From positions 93,811,317 to 93,874,653 of the forward strand of contig NC_068985.1 of assembly GCF_001194135.2 (NCBI RefSeq): DNA of 63,337 nucleotides, written 5' to 3'. Position numbers and translations under genes: made by a program. Position 1 is the stretch's first letter. Every line of letters starts with the position of its first letter. Source of the DNA: Octopus bimaculoides. Lineage: Eukaryota. Positions 12,167-24,274 of the stretch are shown here, piece after piece. The notes under the pieces are model-generated. The model was not told the DNA's origin. It made no database searches and saw nothing but the letters and a program-made list of their open reading frames with translations.

Positions 12167-12325
12167 GAGAATATACAAATAATAACAACAGACGAGGACA
12201 GGTGGTGTAAATAACAAAAGGATATATTAGTATGACGCTCGGGAATACGGAAAGTCTTTGACGTTTCGAGCTACGCTCTTCAACAGAAAGAATACGGAGA
12301 CAAGGAGAAAAACACGGAGAAAAAA
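12165..12325 (-). mobile_element. family D copy 2 (PLE-terminal-like repeat)
   Basis: Near-identical to 6171-6335, same orientation, again abutting (TA)n. Confidence 0.75.
12255..12291 (-). ncRNA. putative type I hammerhead ribozyme (best-formed copy)
   Basis: Minus strand TCTTT-CTGTTGA-A-GAGC-GTA-GCTC-GAAACGTC-AAAGA: 5-bp stem I, 4-bp stem II, palindromic stem III. Predicted cleavage between 12260 and 12259. Confidence 0.6.
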
Positions 12326-12344
12326 TATATATATATATATAAGC

Positions 12345-13080
12345 AAAATAGCTAGTTTTAAAATGTCTGTAAGAGATTTCATGAAACAGCTCTCAATTTC
12401 AGGGAGAAACTGAACCAGACTTCTTAAGGCAAAAGTGGTTCGAAAAGATTTCCAGCCAGATCTGGTCAAGAAGTAACGGAAGTCAAGTGGGGTCTCAGAC
12501 TGAACTGGTTACCATACTCTTGGTACCCTTGACTCTGGGTTACCGTAACTACCTTGGAAGGTTCAGGCTGCAATGCAGACAATAGTGCCGGACGTTGCTT
12601 CCTTGTGTACCTCCGTAGGTCTAACGACATGCAAAATCATAACATGTTCCACAATGTGTCAGCAGAAAGGGTATCCAGGAGTCGTGATCTAGATGCGACC
12701 CGGCCGGCCTCCTTAGAGTAGAAAGAGATAAGACTGAGAGAGGAGAGTTCGCTGATGAACGTCCCTTGTTCAGCTCCCACCGAAGTTCCTTACTAACTAG
12801 TTCGCCGCTGCAATGACAACCAACGATATTTCCTTTTTACGTATGAAAGCTGAGTTAACGGAGATGAGTTACAACTCGATAAAATCCCGAAGCGGATTAA
12901 ATACCCAAGTCTTCGATATTCAAGTGGCTAAACAATGCCGGCGGAAGAGCACCCAAGTGTCATGACCTGAGTGTGACCCGCCCCGCTTAGAGTGGAAGTA
13001 ATTAAAGGCTAAAATACTTGCCAGAATAGGGTTTTTCCTCTGAAGACCTTCCGTTCAGTTCTTTTGAGTCTCTTACCACA
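12345..13080 (+). mobile_element. probable highly degenerate L1/Tx1 ORF2 C-terminus plus 3' UTR
   Basis: GC-richer than flanks. Broken frames give ..RQ*CRTLLP.., RH...TCSTMC (zinc-knuckle-like) and FKWLNNA, loosely resembling Tx1 C-terminal WxxxRxALP / CPxC / RWVNxA motifs. Many stops. Confidence 0.4.
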
Positions 13081-13424
13081 ATATGGAAATTCTGTTACAG
13101 ATGCCGTTGCAAATGATTTTATGTACGTAATTGGTTTACAAAACCTTTCGCTTTATTATACGTTACAAACGTTGAAACTTCTTTTTAAAATGTTGTTATT
13201 TGAGTTTTGTTTTATATAAGTATATTGATGTCCAATATTTGGAAAGTTTTTATTTTGTTATTGCGTATGTATTAGTCCAGTTTTTAACAGAGTTAGTTTT
13301 TTCGAGAAGGTTTGGAAGTTTCGGTGTTTCTAAATTATAACATTTTATTGAGTTCATTGATGTTCAGAATTTTCGGGGCCAATAATTTGTATCGGTGGCA
13401 TATGTTTATCTGTCTCTGTCTGTA

Positions 13425-13476
13425 CATACACACATACATACATACATACAAACATACATATATATATATATATATA

Positions 13477-13510
<34 letters not shown>

Positions 13511-13587
13511 CATACATGCATACATACACACATGAATACATACAACCATACATACATACATANNNNNNNNNNNNNNNNNNNNNNNNN

Positions 13588-13642
<55 letters not shown>

Positions 13643-13794
13643 CATACATGCATACATACACACATGAATACATACAACCATACATACATACATACATACA
13701 TACATACATACTTACATACGTAATACATATACTTACATATATACTTATATATATACTTATATATATATGTAATATATATAATATNNNNNNNNNN

Positions 13795-13837
<43 letters not shown>

Positions 13838-13845
13838 TTGTATGC

Positions 13846-13882
<37 letters not shown>

Positions 13883-13890
13883 ACTAACTA
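13425..13890. repeat. compound (TACA)/(TA)/(CA)/(TATC) microsatellite block with two small gaps
   Basis: Direct reading. Confidence 0.95.
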
Positions 13891-15513
13891 TATAGTTATA
13901 ACGTAAAAATCTTTTAACATAGGTAAATTACTATTTCGTCCCCTTTCTTTAAATATTCTGCTTTGAATAGCGATCACCTATTTTCAGTTTCTTCTCGTTG
14001 AAGCACGTCTTGCTTGCTAAATCTCATTATTGATAAAAGAACAAAAATAATCAGTCTCTACACTTTGTTACCTATCACTAACCACTAATCAGGTACAAAA
14101 CTAAACATTTACACGATGGCTATTTGTCGAACATATGCATGCTAGCGAGTGAAGAATAACTGCAATTACGAACTGTATCACTCGAAGTTTTGCATTTATA
14201 AAAGACTTTATAGTTTCCTTGTTTGAATTTCCTTATTCGTAAACAGATTTCTAAGTACATTTTTCCTTAGAATTATGTCGCTGCATCCTCGTATGTCTTA
14301 TATTTCAATATTCGTAAATAGAACTTGGGTTTTTATCGATCAATTAATTGAAGTTGACATGAAGTGGTATGAATTTCAAAGACGAACAGAATAAAGAATA
14401 GAAAAGAAATGCAATTTCTTGCTGTAATGATACCATTTTTAAAACCACCACACATGGAATTATTGGGACACATAAAGAACTAGACTTATAGCACCTCAAA
14501 AAAACATAGGAACAGTGAAGTTACAAGTATCTTCACGAAATTAGCAACTGCTCGATTTCTTCTTGTACAGCAAAAATCAAGAGCAAAGAAAGATATCAAC
14601 ATACCGAACAAAAACACATACCTACTAAATCCAGCACTATATGTGTCAATAATAGAATGAAAGAAATCAANNNNNNNNNNNNNNNNNNNNNNNNNNNNNN
14701 NNNNNNNNNNNNNNNNNNNNNNNNNNNNNNNNNNNNNNNNNNNNNNNNNNNNNNNNNNNNNNNNNNNNNNNNNNNNNNNNNNNNNNNNNNNNNNNNNNNN
14801 NNNNNNNNNNNNNNNNNNNNNNNNNNNNNNNNNNNNNNNNNNNNNNNNNNNNNNNNNNNNNNNNNNNNNNNNNNNNNNNNNNNNNNNNNNNNNNNNNNNN
14901 NNNNNNNNNNNNNNNNNNNNNNNNNNNNNNNNNNNNNNNNNNNNNNNNNNNNNNNNNNNNNNNNNNNNNNNNNNNNNNNNNNNNNNNNNNNNNNNNNNNN
15001 NNNNNNNNNNNNNNNNNNNNNNNNNNNNNNNNNNNNNNNNNNNNNNNNNNNNNNNNNNNNNNNNNNNNNNNNNNNNNNNNNNNNNNNNNNNNNNNNNNNN
15101 NNNNNNNNNNNNNNNNNNNNNNNNNNNNNNNNNNNNNNNNNNNNNNNNNNNNNNNNNNNNNNNNNNNNNNNNNNNNNNNNNNNNNNNNNNNNNNNNNNNN
15201 NNNNNNNNNNNNNNNNNNNNNNNNNNNNNNNNNNNNNNNNNNNNNNNNNNNNNNNNNNNNNNNNNNNNNNNNNNNNNNNNNNNNNNNNNNNNNNNNNNNN
15301 NNNNNNNNNNNNNNNNNNNNNNNNNNNNNNNNNNNNNNNNNNNNNNNNNNNNNNNNNNNNNNNNNNNNNNNNNNNNNNNNNNNNNNNNNNNNNNNNNNNN
15401 NNNNNNNNNNNNNNNNNNNNNNNNNNNNNNNNNNNNNNNNNNNNNNNNNNNNNNNNNNNNNNNNNNNNNNNNNNNNNNNNNNNNNNNNNNNNNNNNNNNN
15501 NNNNNNNNNNNNN

Positions 15514-15544
<31 letters not shown>

Positions 15545-15999
15545 ACACACACATGCTTGCGTTCGTCTGCGTACATCAGTGTGCGTATATATTTTTCTCA
15601 TCCCGCCGTCGTCGGTCGCTTTTTGTTACATCAAATGGTTAAGTGTTACTCAAAAATATATATATACAAATACACTAAGCGTATTATATATATTGCTTAT
15701 ACATATGTGTGTGTATATATATATACACACATGTAAGTGCGTGTATTTGAGTGTGTTTGCAAGTACAATATTACGCTAACGCAGATACGCATATAAATGT
15801 TAAGTTTAAAGCGTGAGCGCTTCAAGAAAATAACTAATGTAAAATTTTATTTAAATCTAATGACATTTAAAGGTCATTCAAAACTTTCAAATGTTATGCA
15901 AAATTCGTTATTTTTAAATACACCTGAGGCATTAACAAACGATTTTAATACAAGTTGTTATATTCTTAATTGTTTAATTTATTTAAACTTATTAAAACA

Positions 16000-16423
16000 T
16001 GCAGGTGTGGCTGTGAGGTAAGAAGTTTGCTTCCCAGCCACATGGTTCTGAGTTCATTCCCACTACGTAGGACCTTGGGCATGCGTCTTTTACAATAGTA
16101 TCGGGTCGACCAAAGCCATGTGAGAGGGTTTGGTAGACCGGAGCTGAAAGAAGCCCTTCAGACAAACACACACGCACACACCACATTATATATGTGTGTG
16201 TGTGTGTCTTTGTGTCCGTGTTTGGTCCCCCACAATCACCTGATAACCGGTGTTGGTGTATTTACGTTCCTGTAAATTAGCGGTTGGACAAAAGAGATCA
16301 ATATAATAAATACCAGGTTTTGGGGAAAAAATTAAATACTGGGGTCGATTCATTCGACTAAAACTTCTTAAAGGCGGTGCCCCCGCATGGTCGCAATCAA
16401 ATGACCGAAACAAGAAATAAAAG
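16000..16423 (+). mobile_element. SINE family A, full length, diverged
   Basis: Head GCAGGTGTGGCTGTGAGGTAAGAAG through 3' GGCGGTGCCCCCGCATGG..GAAACAAGAAATAAAAG. Confidence 0.9.
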
Positions 16424-16899
16424 GCACGTGCACTATGGAATATAGATCCTCAGTACAATATATAAAGCTCAAGCTAATTTTCTTTACAAATAAAAACAAA
16501 ACAAAATAACAGCTTACAATCAAACAAAACAATGAACGAATTAATCCTTCGCCATTATTACTCGCAGTCAAAACGTGAAATTACACTGTCTTTTCAAGCA
16601 AAATGTTTACTTAATTTCACAAATCGAGGCATTAAAAGATTATCTTTTGTGCTCAATAGTAATCTTTATTTTAATAACTTTACTAAGGTTTCAAGGAAAA
16701 TTAAATTTAGAAATTATCTAAGTAACAAAATTAGTTTTATATGAAAACGATTTTTTCTTAGGGCGACTAAAAGTATTAATTTCTTAAGCATCGATAATGG
16801 TTCGCTTGAATACTTAAAAGGCCAAACTACTTAGAGTGAAATTGTTGATTTGTTTCAGTTACTTGGAGAACAAATTGAAGTCATTTATTCTGCTTAAAA

Positions 16900-17283
16900 T
16901 TTTACAGAAAATTAAGGTAACCTCGAACGCAGACGAGCTGTGAAAATAGGTTAGAAGATTAGGTAAATACTCTTGGTGAACTGAAGGAGTGACCAGCTAG
17001 CCATTACAGATAATCGAATCCCGTTCCTCTCAGATTCCAACTGAGCAAACTGCACCATTATGCCAAACAACCCATCACAGCAGTTGGTGCCTTTAATAAT
17101 GCTGAATAATAGCTTCTGGAATGTGAGAACATTTTTATAAACAAACTTTGAAGCGTAGAATGAATTGGCATTTTACAGAAAATAAAGGAACTCAAAGGCT
17201 GAATAGCTGTAAAAAGCAGCTTAGAAGTTCGGTTAAATACTGGTTGAAAACATAAAAGGAAGTGGCCAGCAAGCCGCTAAAGG
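16900..17283 (+). repeat. two diverged copies of a ~110-bp sequence (16900-17009; 17171-17283)
   Basis: Shared TTTTACAGAAAAT.AAGG..AGCTGT.AAAA..TTAGAAG..TAAATACT..AGTG.CCAGC.AGCC; roughly 65-70% identity by eye. Confidence 0.7.
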
Positions 17284-17619
17284 AAATGTCCTAATTCTTT
17301 AACATCTTGAATTAAAGCCACACATTGCTCGGACTAATCTTTGATTTCGACTCAATTTTGAGATGTTGTTTTTGCATGTGCTACAAACATCCTCGTGCTT
17401 CAATGTAAACAGGGTTTCGTCCGATATTTCTTGAAGAATCTCAAGTCTGTAAAATATACTTCTGCTAGTGCAAGTTTAAACTCTGTGGATCATATCGTCA
17501 TCACAATTGTTTGTAAGAAAATCCTAAAGTATTTTTTGGAGTATTGATGTCACATCGTGTTTTGCTTTCGTTGAGAACCTCTAGCATTAGCCATTTCGGT
17601 CTTCAACTTTATATTTGAT

Positions 17620-17621
<2 letters not shown>

Positions 17622-17704
<83 letters not shown>
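17622..17704. repeat. (GA)n microsatellite
   Basis: Direct reading. Confidence 0.95.
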
Positions 17705-17709
<5 letters not shown>

Positions 17710-17898
17710 GAGGGAGAGAAACATCAAATCTGATAAATACCACGTTTATACTTAACTGCCTACGGTAGATCCTCTATGTTTAGCATGAGTAATGCTCACA
17801 TGATTTTCTTAAGAGTTTGTTGGTCATTCCTTGGTATTGTAATGGCTTGGTGTACTAAACCAAGTGTATAATAAGTGTAAACACTTATTATAAAGCCT

Positions 17899-18082
17899 GT
17901 AATTCAAAGGGCCAACCTTGTCCCACTGTGTCACGCCGAATATCCCCGACAACTACGTTAAAGGTACACGTGTCTGTGGAGTGCTCAGCCACTTGCACGT
18001 TGATTTCACGAGCTGGCTGTTCTGTTGATCGTATCAACTGGAACCCACGACGTCGTAAGCGACGGAGTGCCAACACACACAC
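17899..18082 (+). mobile_element. SINE family C, 5'-truncated, with 9-bp TSD
   Basis: Matches the 3' half of 34896-35266. ATAAAGCCT at 17890-17898 and 18083-18091; CA-repeat tail. Confidence 0.9.
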
Positions 18083-18204
18083 ATAAAGCCTTTGAATTCT
18101 CTTAAATTAGAAACTCTTCATCAGGAACTTCAAGATGTAAATAACCCTTGATCTCCATCTTGCTCAATACATTTAAACCAACAAAGTTTCCTTTCAGCTA
18201 AATT

Positions 18205-18470
18205 CACAAACCTCCTAATAATGAATTCAAACATCTAATAATAAATTCGTATTTCTCATGACCATGAATGATGGATTCACACCCTTCGGATAATGTATTC
18301 ACAGGGTTGATAATGAATTCGTACGCCTCCTGATAATGTTTAATGAATTCACATACCCCCAGATCATAAATTCACACACCTGATAACATATTCACATACT
18401 TCTTGATAATGAACTGACACGCCTCCTTCTAATAATAATTTTCCCCCCTCCCCACTGATAATAAATTCCC
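18205..18470 (+). repeat. degenerate ~22-24-bp minisatellite (about 10 units)
   Basis: Recurring CTGATAATGAATTCACA-like core (e.g. CTAATAATGAATTCAAA, TTGATAATGAATTCGTA, CTGATAATAAATTCCCA). Confidence 0.75.
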
Positions 18471-19399
18471 ATAGGCTTTTAATGCTGGACCCTACTTGAG
18501 AACTGATATTCAAAGTTTTTTTTTCTCAATTTTCAGCTGTGCTGAAACAGCGTTATCTGTTGACTAATAACGAACTTGATATGATCAATCAATATTTGAC
18601 TATTTTCACTAAAAACGTTTAAAAGATTCAGGTGTACGGATCGGTTCAATGCCAATACACTGTAAAAAAAAAAGCAACAACAAAGTCTATCATTAAGATA
18701 TGGCGCCAAGATAAACGTTTCCCCTTTAGCAACTTTCTAGAATAGCACACACAGTAAAAACGTTTCGAGTACAAAACACTGTAAATTGCTTTATCACATT
18801 CTTTGGTTACGTTAGGAATTTGTATCAACTTTAACGTAACTATTGATAAATTTGAAATGGAAAATATCTTAACCTTATCATTAACTGATAAACAAGGCTG
18901 GAATTTGCCGTCTTAGTGAACTGTAAATTAACTTGAAAATTGTTGGTAAAATCTGATCTGCATATTTTATGTATAATTGGGATAAAAAAAAGAAAAGATG
19001 CTTTGTGTTTCTTAAAGAACCTATGAATATTTAAAAATTCTACGAAAACGCTTTAGTAGTGCTGGTTCATGAATTTTAGCTAAATAAATTAAAATAGGAC
19101 TAGACTATATACAATGTAACTTTTACAAGATCTTATATTTATTTCTAACATGTTTTCTGTCCTTAGTTAACTCATACTTGACAATCTCGCTCCTGATAAG
19201 TTTCACAATACATTTCAAGTTTCCTAGAACGCTGTTGCTTTCAAAACATACATACATGCATAAATACGTGTTTATCTCAGCAATTTCAGGGAAAGTGGAG
19301 GTTAACAATATCGACCCCAGTCCTCAACTGGTACTTATTCTATCCTTCCCAAAATTGAGGTGTTTCTTTTTTGTTTTTTGAATCATTTTTGACCCTGGT

Positions 19400-20080
19400 T
19401 AGACGTGAGTCGCATTGTTATATATTTGTTGAAGGTCTCCCCGCGCGGGTGAACCTATGATTTGTTGAATTGTTAAATTACTTTTGCTGCTTTTGCCTGT
19501 TTTTGTATCTGTTTTCTTCCTCAATTATTGGTGAAGTGGAGAAGAGAGGAGAGATGAAACATGAACCAGCTGGATCTTACTCATCAGCTACGATTAAAGA
19601 GTATCTACCAACGCCCTGGAAGTACAAGAAATTAAAATAGAACCCAGAAAGTGGAAGGAGGGCAGTAAATTGATAGAAAGGGAAGGACCCAGTTTGAGGC
19701 TGACTCCACCGGAAGAATTGACTAACAATGTGGCGAAGAGGACAGTGGTGTACAGAACGCTATTCACGTCCTCTAAAAAGACAGAGGTTGCCCCAACAGA
19801 GACAATAGAGGAGTGCCTCGAGGACGTAAAGAGGCTTGCCACATTTTATATGCGTGGAAGAAAGTACGGCACAGTGGAAGTAAGGTTTGGCAACTAAATG
19901 AACGCACTAAATCACTCCACTGTGCCGATAAGAACACGGGAATGGGTACTTCTGCCGACTTACTGTGGTAAACGCATCACCGGAGTAAGAATTGGCAGAG
20001 TGCCCTCCCCGTGAGATTAAGGAAGCATAGCAGGTGGCAGCAGTCATGCACAGAATGGAGGATGAAATACGTCGTCATAA
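19400..20080 (+). mobile_element. LINE 5' region plus ORF1 fragment (L1/Tx1-like)
   Basis: ..VAKRTVVYRTLF..ETIEECLEDVKRLATFYMRGRKYGTVEVRFGN*MNALNHSTVPIRTREWVLLPTYCGKRITGVRIGRVP..: an RRM-like ORF1 pattern (GTVEVxF ... VRIxxVP) with stops and frameshifts. Confidence 0.6.
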
Positions 20081-21034
20081 TGCAGGTCATATCATATACA
20101 TACGCATACACAAATACACATGCACGCGCATGCGCGCAGCGTACCTATGTTGATAGATTGCTATTTCGGATGAGATGGCTTGACGGTTAACTAATACTTA
20201 GAACTTTATCTATATCCAAATTCCAGTCAAGCATTATGTGTAGTTTGTTCCATGATTTTCTTTAGGTATTATATACATTATATACGACAGCAGACAAAAA
20301 CAAGATATTTAATTTGTCTTTCTCTTATAATTTATGATGTTAAAATAAAATGACAAACTAAGTATATTAAATTACTATTAGAAGTATGTGAAAAATTCCA
20401 TCATACATAAAAAAAGTACAAAAAGAAATAAAATTTTAAGTGATATTAACAGACAAAAAGCTATTCCCAGGCTACAAATCAAAATATATATTCGATGTAC
20501 GTATAAGCTAGTGTATTTTTTTCAAAGAAAATAATCTTGGAAAACGGTGCAATTAGAAATTGTATAAATTCTATGGAAAAGGAATTTTGTGTTGGAAATG
20601 TGTGAGAAGTGTGTGAATCTGGCTTCATAAAGTTTGATAATGACGTGTGTTAAAGGTAATGCAAAAAAAAACGTAGTTAATTATTGCAATCAGTTTAAGA
20701 CGTATAAGTAGAGGTAAAGTATAGCGTAGTCTCATTAAGCGACAAATAGATAAGCATGTTCTACTGTATCTAGCGCAGTGTTCCACTTCCTTCTGGAAAT
20801 GAAGGATTTTGTATTTTATTCTTCTAGGACTGTTGTTCATTGTCCCAGATCGGTCTTGATCTAACAGATCTAGGGTCATAGTTTTTGTTTTAGCTGTCAA
20901 CCTTTGATTATATGAGACTAGAGTGTCAAAGTTTCCTTTCATGTTTGATAATGACGGTAGGATATATTTTAAAGGAGATATTTAAAATAGCGACTGGAAA
21001 AATCGTTAGTGGCATTTAACCCTGCTCTTCATGT

Positions 21035-21178
21035 GTTTGGTTGAAATTCTGCCAAAGTCGACTTTATCTTTTATCCATTGAGGTCGATATAATAATTATC
21101 GGTTAAAAACTGGGGTTAACGTAATCAAATTATCAATTCCTTTAAAATTGCTAGCCTCGTGCCAAAACTTGAAACCAT
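21035..21178 (+). mobile_element. SINE family B, degenerate 3' part
   Basis: AAATTCTGCCAAAGTCGACTTT..GAGGTCGATA..CTGGGGTT..AAAATTGCTAGCCTCGTGCCAAAA. Confidence 0.7.
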
Positions 21179-21564
21179 TCCAAAGGGGATTTAGCTGCTA
21201 TCTTTAACATATCGAGTGTATTTGATGGATAATGGATCTTGCAGTCACGTTTAATGGTTCAGTCCTCCAAAGTTAATAAAATAAACTTCGGTAACATTAA
21301 TTCGCTGTGTTATTCACTCATAATACAGCTCCTTATATAAACAAGGTTAAGAATTATTGCTAGGTTCCGATGTAAGGGTGTTAACAAATTGAAAACTTAT
21401 TCCCCTGTATATACTATAGCTGGCCATGTGATATTACCAAGCGATCTATCACGTATTTCCAACAGCTAAGTAATGCAACAGAATGAAAAATGAGACGTTC
21501 TGTGTAGAAATAAACACACATAAATCGAATAGCAGTAAAATTGTCAATAACTAATTTAATAATA

Positions 21565-22135
21565 TCAGCCAGGTACTCTTCTTGTGTCCAGGAATCGGCT
21601 TGCCAAAACAATTCAGTTATCTGTGTGTTGTGCTGCATACCAACGATCAGTTAGACTCCTGTTTCTAATCAAATGTTTTTATGTCGTTTGTCCAAAAACA
21701 CTTTCTCAGCCTGCCGCTCTCTTCTCTTCAACACTTCCTGCTAAAATAGTCTTGAGAATTGTATGTCCAAAATATGATAGTTTTTTGGAGTTGATTCTTG
21801 ACAATAGGTGTTTTTGTACTTTCAGCTTTTCTAGTATTGCAGCATTTGTTGCCGTGTGTTTCCAGTTTATTCTGCCTAATCTGTGAAGGATCCACATCTG
21901 AAAGGCATCTATCTTCTTTTGTTTCGAAGATTCTTAACAGAAGATGACGATTCGGATAATATTACATCTTACTCGTCTCAATTTTAAGTGCAGTGTTAGG
22001 TCTGTTGAGGGGAAGACCTTTTTCATGCTTATAAATGTTGTTTCATTTCTTTTTCGAGTAACATCTTCACTGAAGTCTTCCCGATTTATTGTTTGACTTA
22101 AATACTTGAAGTTTTTGTTTTTATACTTGGTCAAG
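21565..22135 (-). mobile_element. RTE-clade LINE, 3' part of ORF
   Basis: FKYLSQTI..RKRN..TFISMKKV..LTLHLKLRRVRC..KKIDAFQMWILHRLGRINWKHTATNAAILEKLKVQKHLLSRINSKKLSYFGH..ILAGSVEEKR: the typical RTE FKYLG / DAFEMW..RI.W / L.YFGH / G.VEGKR series. Confidence 0.88.
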
Positions 22136-22689
22136 CTTCTATCTCTCAACATTAGTTCAGGAAGCAAATGTACAAGTAGATGCAACGAAGAAGCAAGCAG
22201 ATATTATAGTTTAATTGACACTAAAAATATCATGGAAAAAGTGAATCTGCACATTCGTTTACAGTTCAGGTGAAAGAAAAAAAAAACGGAAATGAAAAGA
22301 GGAAGAAAATTTTGATAGTGGTGTTTTTATTTATCAAGATGTTTCTGTGAAAATAATTAGTGTAAAATGTGACGAATCTTGCCAGAATGAAACTTCTTAT
22401 ATTCAGGCTGACCAAAGAGAAGGTCACCTTCCTTAACCTATATTGAATTACCAGCTTATCGCCAGAAGCTTAATATGCTGTTAAATTAATATCCTTTCGA
22501 TTGGAAATTGTTGCAATTAACGCCTGTTTTGCTGTATATGCATGCAACACATTTCTTTAGATGGACGGAACACATGGCTACGTGCCACAATTTAATATGT
22601 CTTTAAATTGAGATTCTTCGGAAAAACAGCTCGAGCCTGACAAATATTGGTTTCAGACTTTGATGCAATGTCAGCTAGTTCTGCGGAGG

Positions 22690-23015
22690 GGTAAGCCCAT
22701 CACACTGACCCTAGTGCTCAACTGGAGCTTATGATATAGACCCCCGAAAAGATGTAAGGCAAAGACATCGCTGAAATTTGAACTCAGGGCGTCAAGACGG
22801 ACGAAATGTATCTAAGCATTGAATCCGGCGTGCTAACGACTCTTTTCTACTCTAGACAAAAGGCCCGAAATTTTTTGGGGAGGGGGGCAGTCAATTAGAT
22901 CGACTCCAGTACGCAACTGGTACTTACTTTATCAACCTCGAATGAATGATAGACAAAGTTGACCTCGGCGGAATTTGAACTCAGAACGTAACGGCAGACG
23001 AAATACCGCGAAATA
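22690..23015 (-). mobile_element. two tandem SINE family B copies
   Basis: Old copy 22690-22835 followed by a younger copy 22843-23015 with tail TTTTCTACTCTAG. Confidence 0.85.
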
Positions 23016-23217
23016 CCGTTGAAAAACCAGAACTTGACGACTATGGTGTGTGAGTGTGTGTGTGTGGGGAGAATCCGTGAAGGATTGAGTATCATAATTA
23101 GTTATAATAAGGTTGATGAGAAGAGGAGAGATAGTAAATATGTTGGTTTGTGTGGAGATGTCACGTAACCAGAGGACTTTTAGGTTCAGACGCTATTGTT
23201 GCAGTGGTAGAAAAGTA

Positions 23218-23570
23218 CAGGGTGATTCAAAAGTCTCCATACATAGGCAATTTATATTTTTTTATAAGAAACAGTTTATAAGATTCCCTAGATTCCCTGA
23301 TTTGACCCCTCTTGATTTCTATCTTTGGGGGACATTTGATAAAGATAAAAGACATAAATAATTTGAAGGAACGCATCACCAAGTCATTTGCACACGTATC
23401 ACCAGATGTGCTGTTACGAGTTCACAATGAGTGGGGTAAACGTATTGCAATGTGTATTCGCAACAATGGTGACCATATAGGGCCTTTAAATAAAAAAGAA
23501 CTGTTCTTATGGACTGTCTCTTATAAAAAGATAAATTGTTCCTATGTATGGCGACTTTTGAGTCACCCTG
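23218..23570 (+). mobile_element. miniature Tc1/mariner-superfamily element, both TIRs, TA TSD, transposase C-terminus only
   Basis: TA|CAGGGTGATTCAAAAGTCTCCATACATAGG.. and ..CCTATGTATGGCGACTTTTGAGTCACCCTG|TA, ~60-bp imperfect TIRs. Interior PRFPDLTPLDFYLWG..IKDINNLKERIT..RIAMCIRNNGDHI. Confidence 0.92.
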
Positions 23571-23654
23571 TAGAATAAAGAGACCGAAGCCTGTGAGAGA
23601 GAAGTTGAAGAGCATGTTGAGTATGTGGGTGTTCAGTCATGAGCTATAGAACTC

Positions 23655-23790
23655 ATCCGGCCTGTTACCCAGTTACCATGGGGTTCCAATGACTGGGGAT
23701 CGAAGCACACACCCCTAAAAGGGACGCCAATCTGTCGCAGAGTTACTTATTTAGAGCTGGGTGAACTAGAACAACGCGAGTGCAACACCG
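23655..23790 (-). mobile_element. SINE family E fragment
   Basis: Aligns with 59645-59883 (GGGACGCC..TCGCAG.GTTAC..TTT..AGC.G). Confidence 0.65.
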
Positions 23791-24213
23791 GAACCTCTAG
23801 GCTGTGCGCCTTCACGTACATAGAGATATCCAGTCTATCATCTGGGTTGAATTTCTTTTCGGTGTTCGTATGTGTACGATTAACATTCGCACAACTCCAG
23901 ACATGGGAACTGTATTCTATTGTAGCGTTCGCTTGAGATTTCTTGAGAGTCAGCAACTATCGTGAGCTGAAGTATTTTCCGACCTTGAAGCCATATGCTT
24001 CAATTTATTTATTTATTCATTTTTTGTCTCAAACCATTCCACTACTCAATTTAAACTTTTAATACGCTTGGGAAAGTTGTTAGCTTCAATACATCCATTT
24101 ATCTTCATACATGTCAGTAAAAACGTCGCAGGAATCCACTGTAACAGCGAGTTTATAATTTATTAACCTGGCAATTTCCACTCATCAGCTTGCATTGGAT
24201 ATCTTCCATTTCC

Positions 24214-24222
24214 TTCTCTCTC

Positions 24223-24274
<52 letters not shown>

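Noticed and set aside
13507-13700. ~55-bp direct duplication (13507 and 13639) either side of a 25-N gap
   Set aside because: Identical copies at facing contig ends; most likely unmerged overlap or haplotype artefact.
17330-17450. Minus-strand acceptor TTTTACAG then LEILQEISDETLFTLKHEDVCSTCKNN
   Set aside because: No credible donor site and no recognisable family.
20632-20956. 14-bp direct repeat GTTTGATAATGACG around a 105-codon minus-strand ORF
   Set aside because: Could be a TSD, but the right copy overlaps old family F repeat sequence and the ORF has no recognisable motif.
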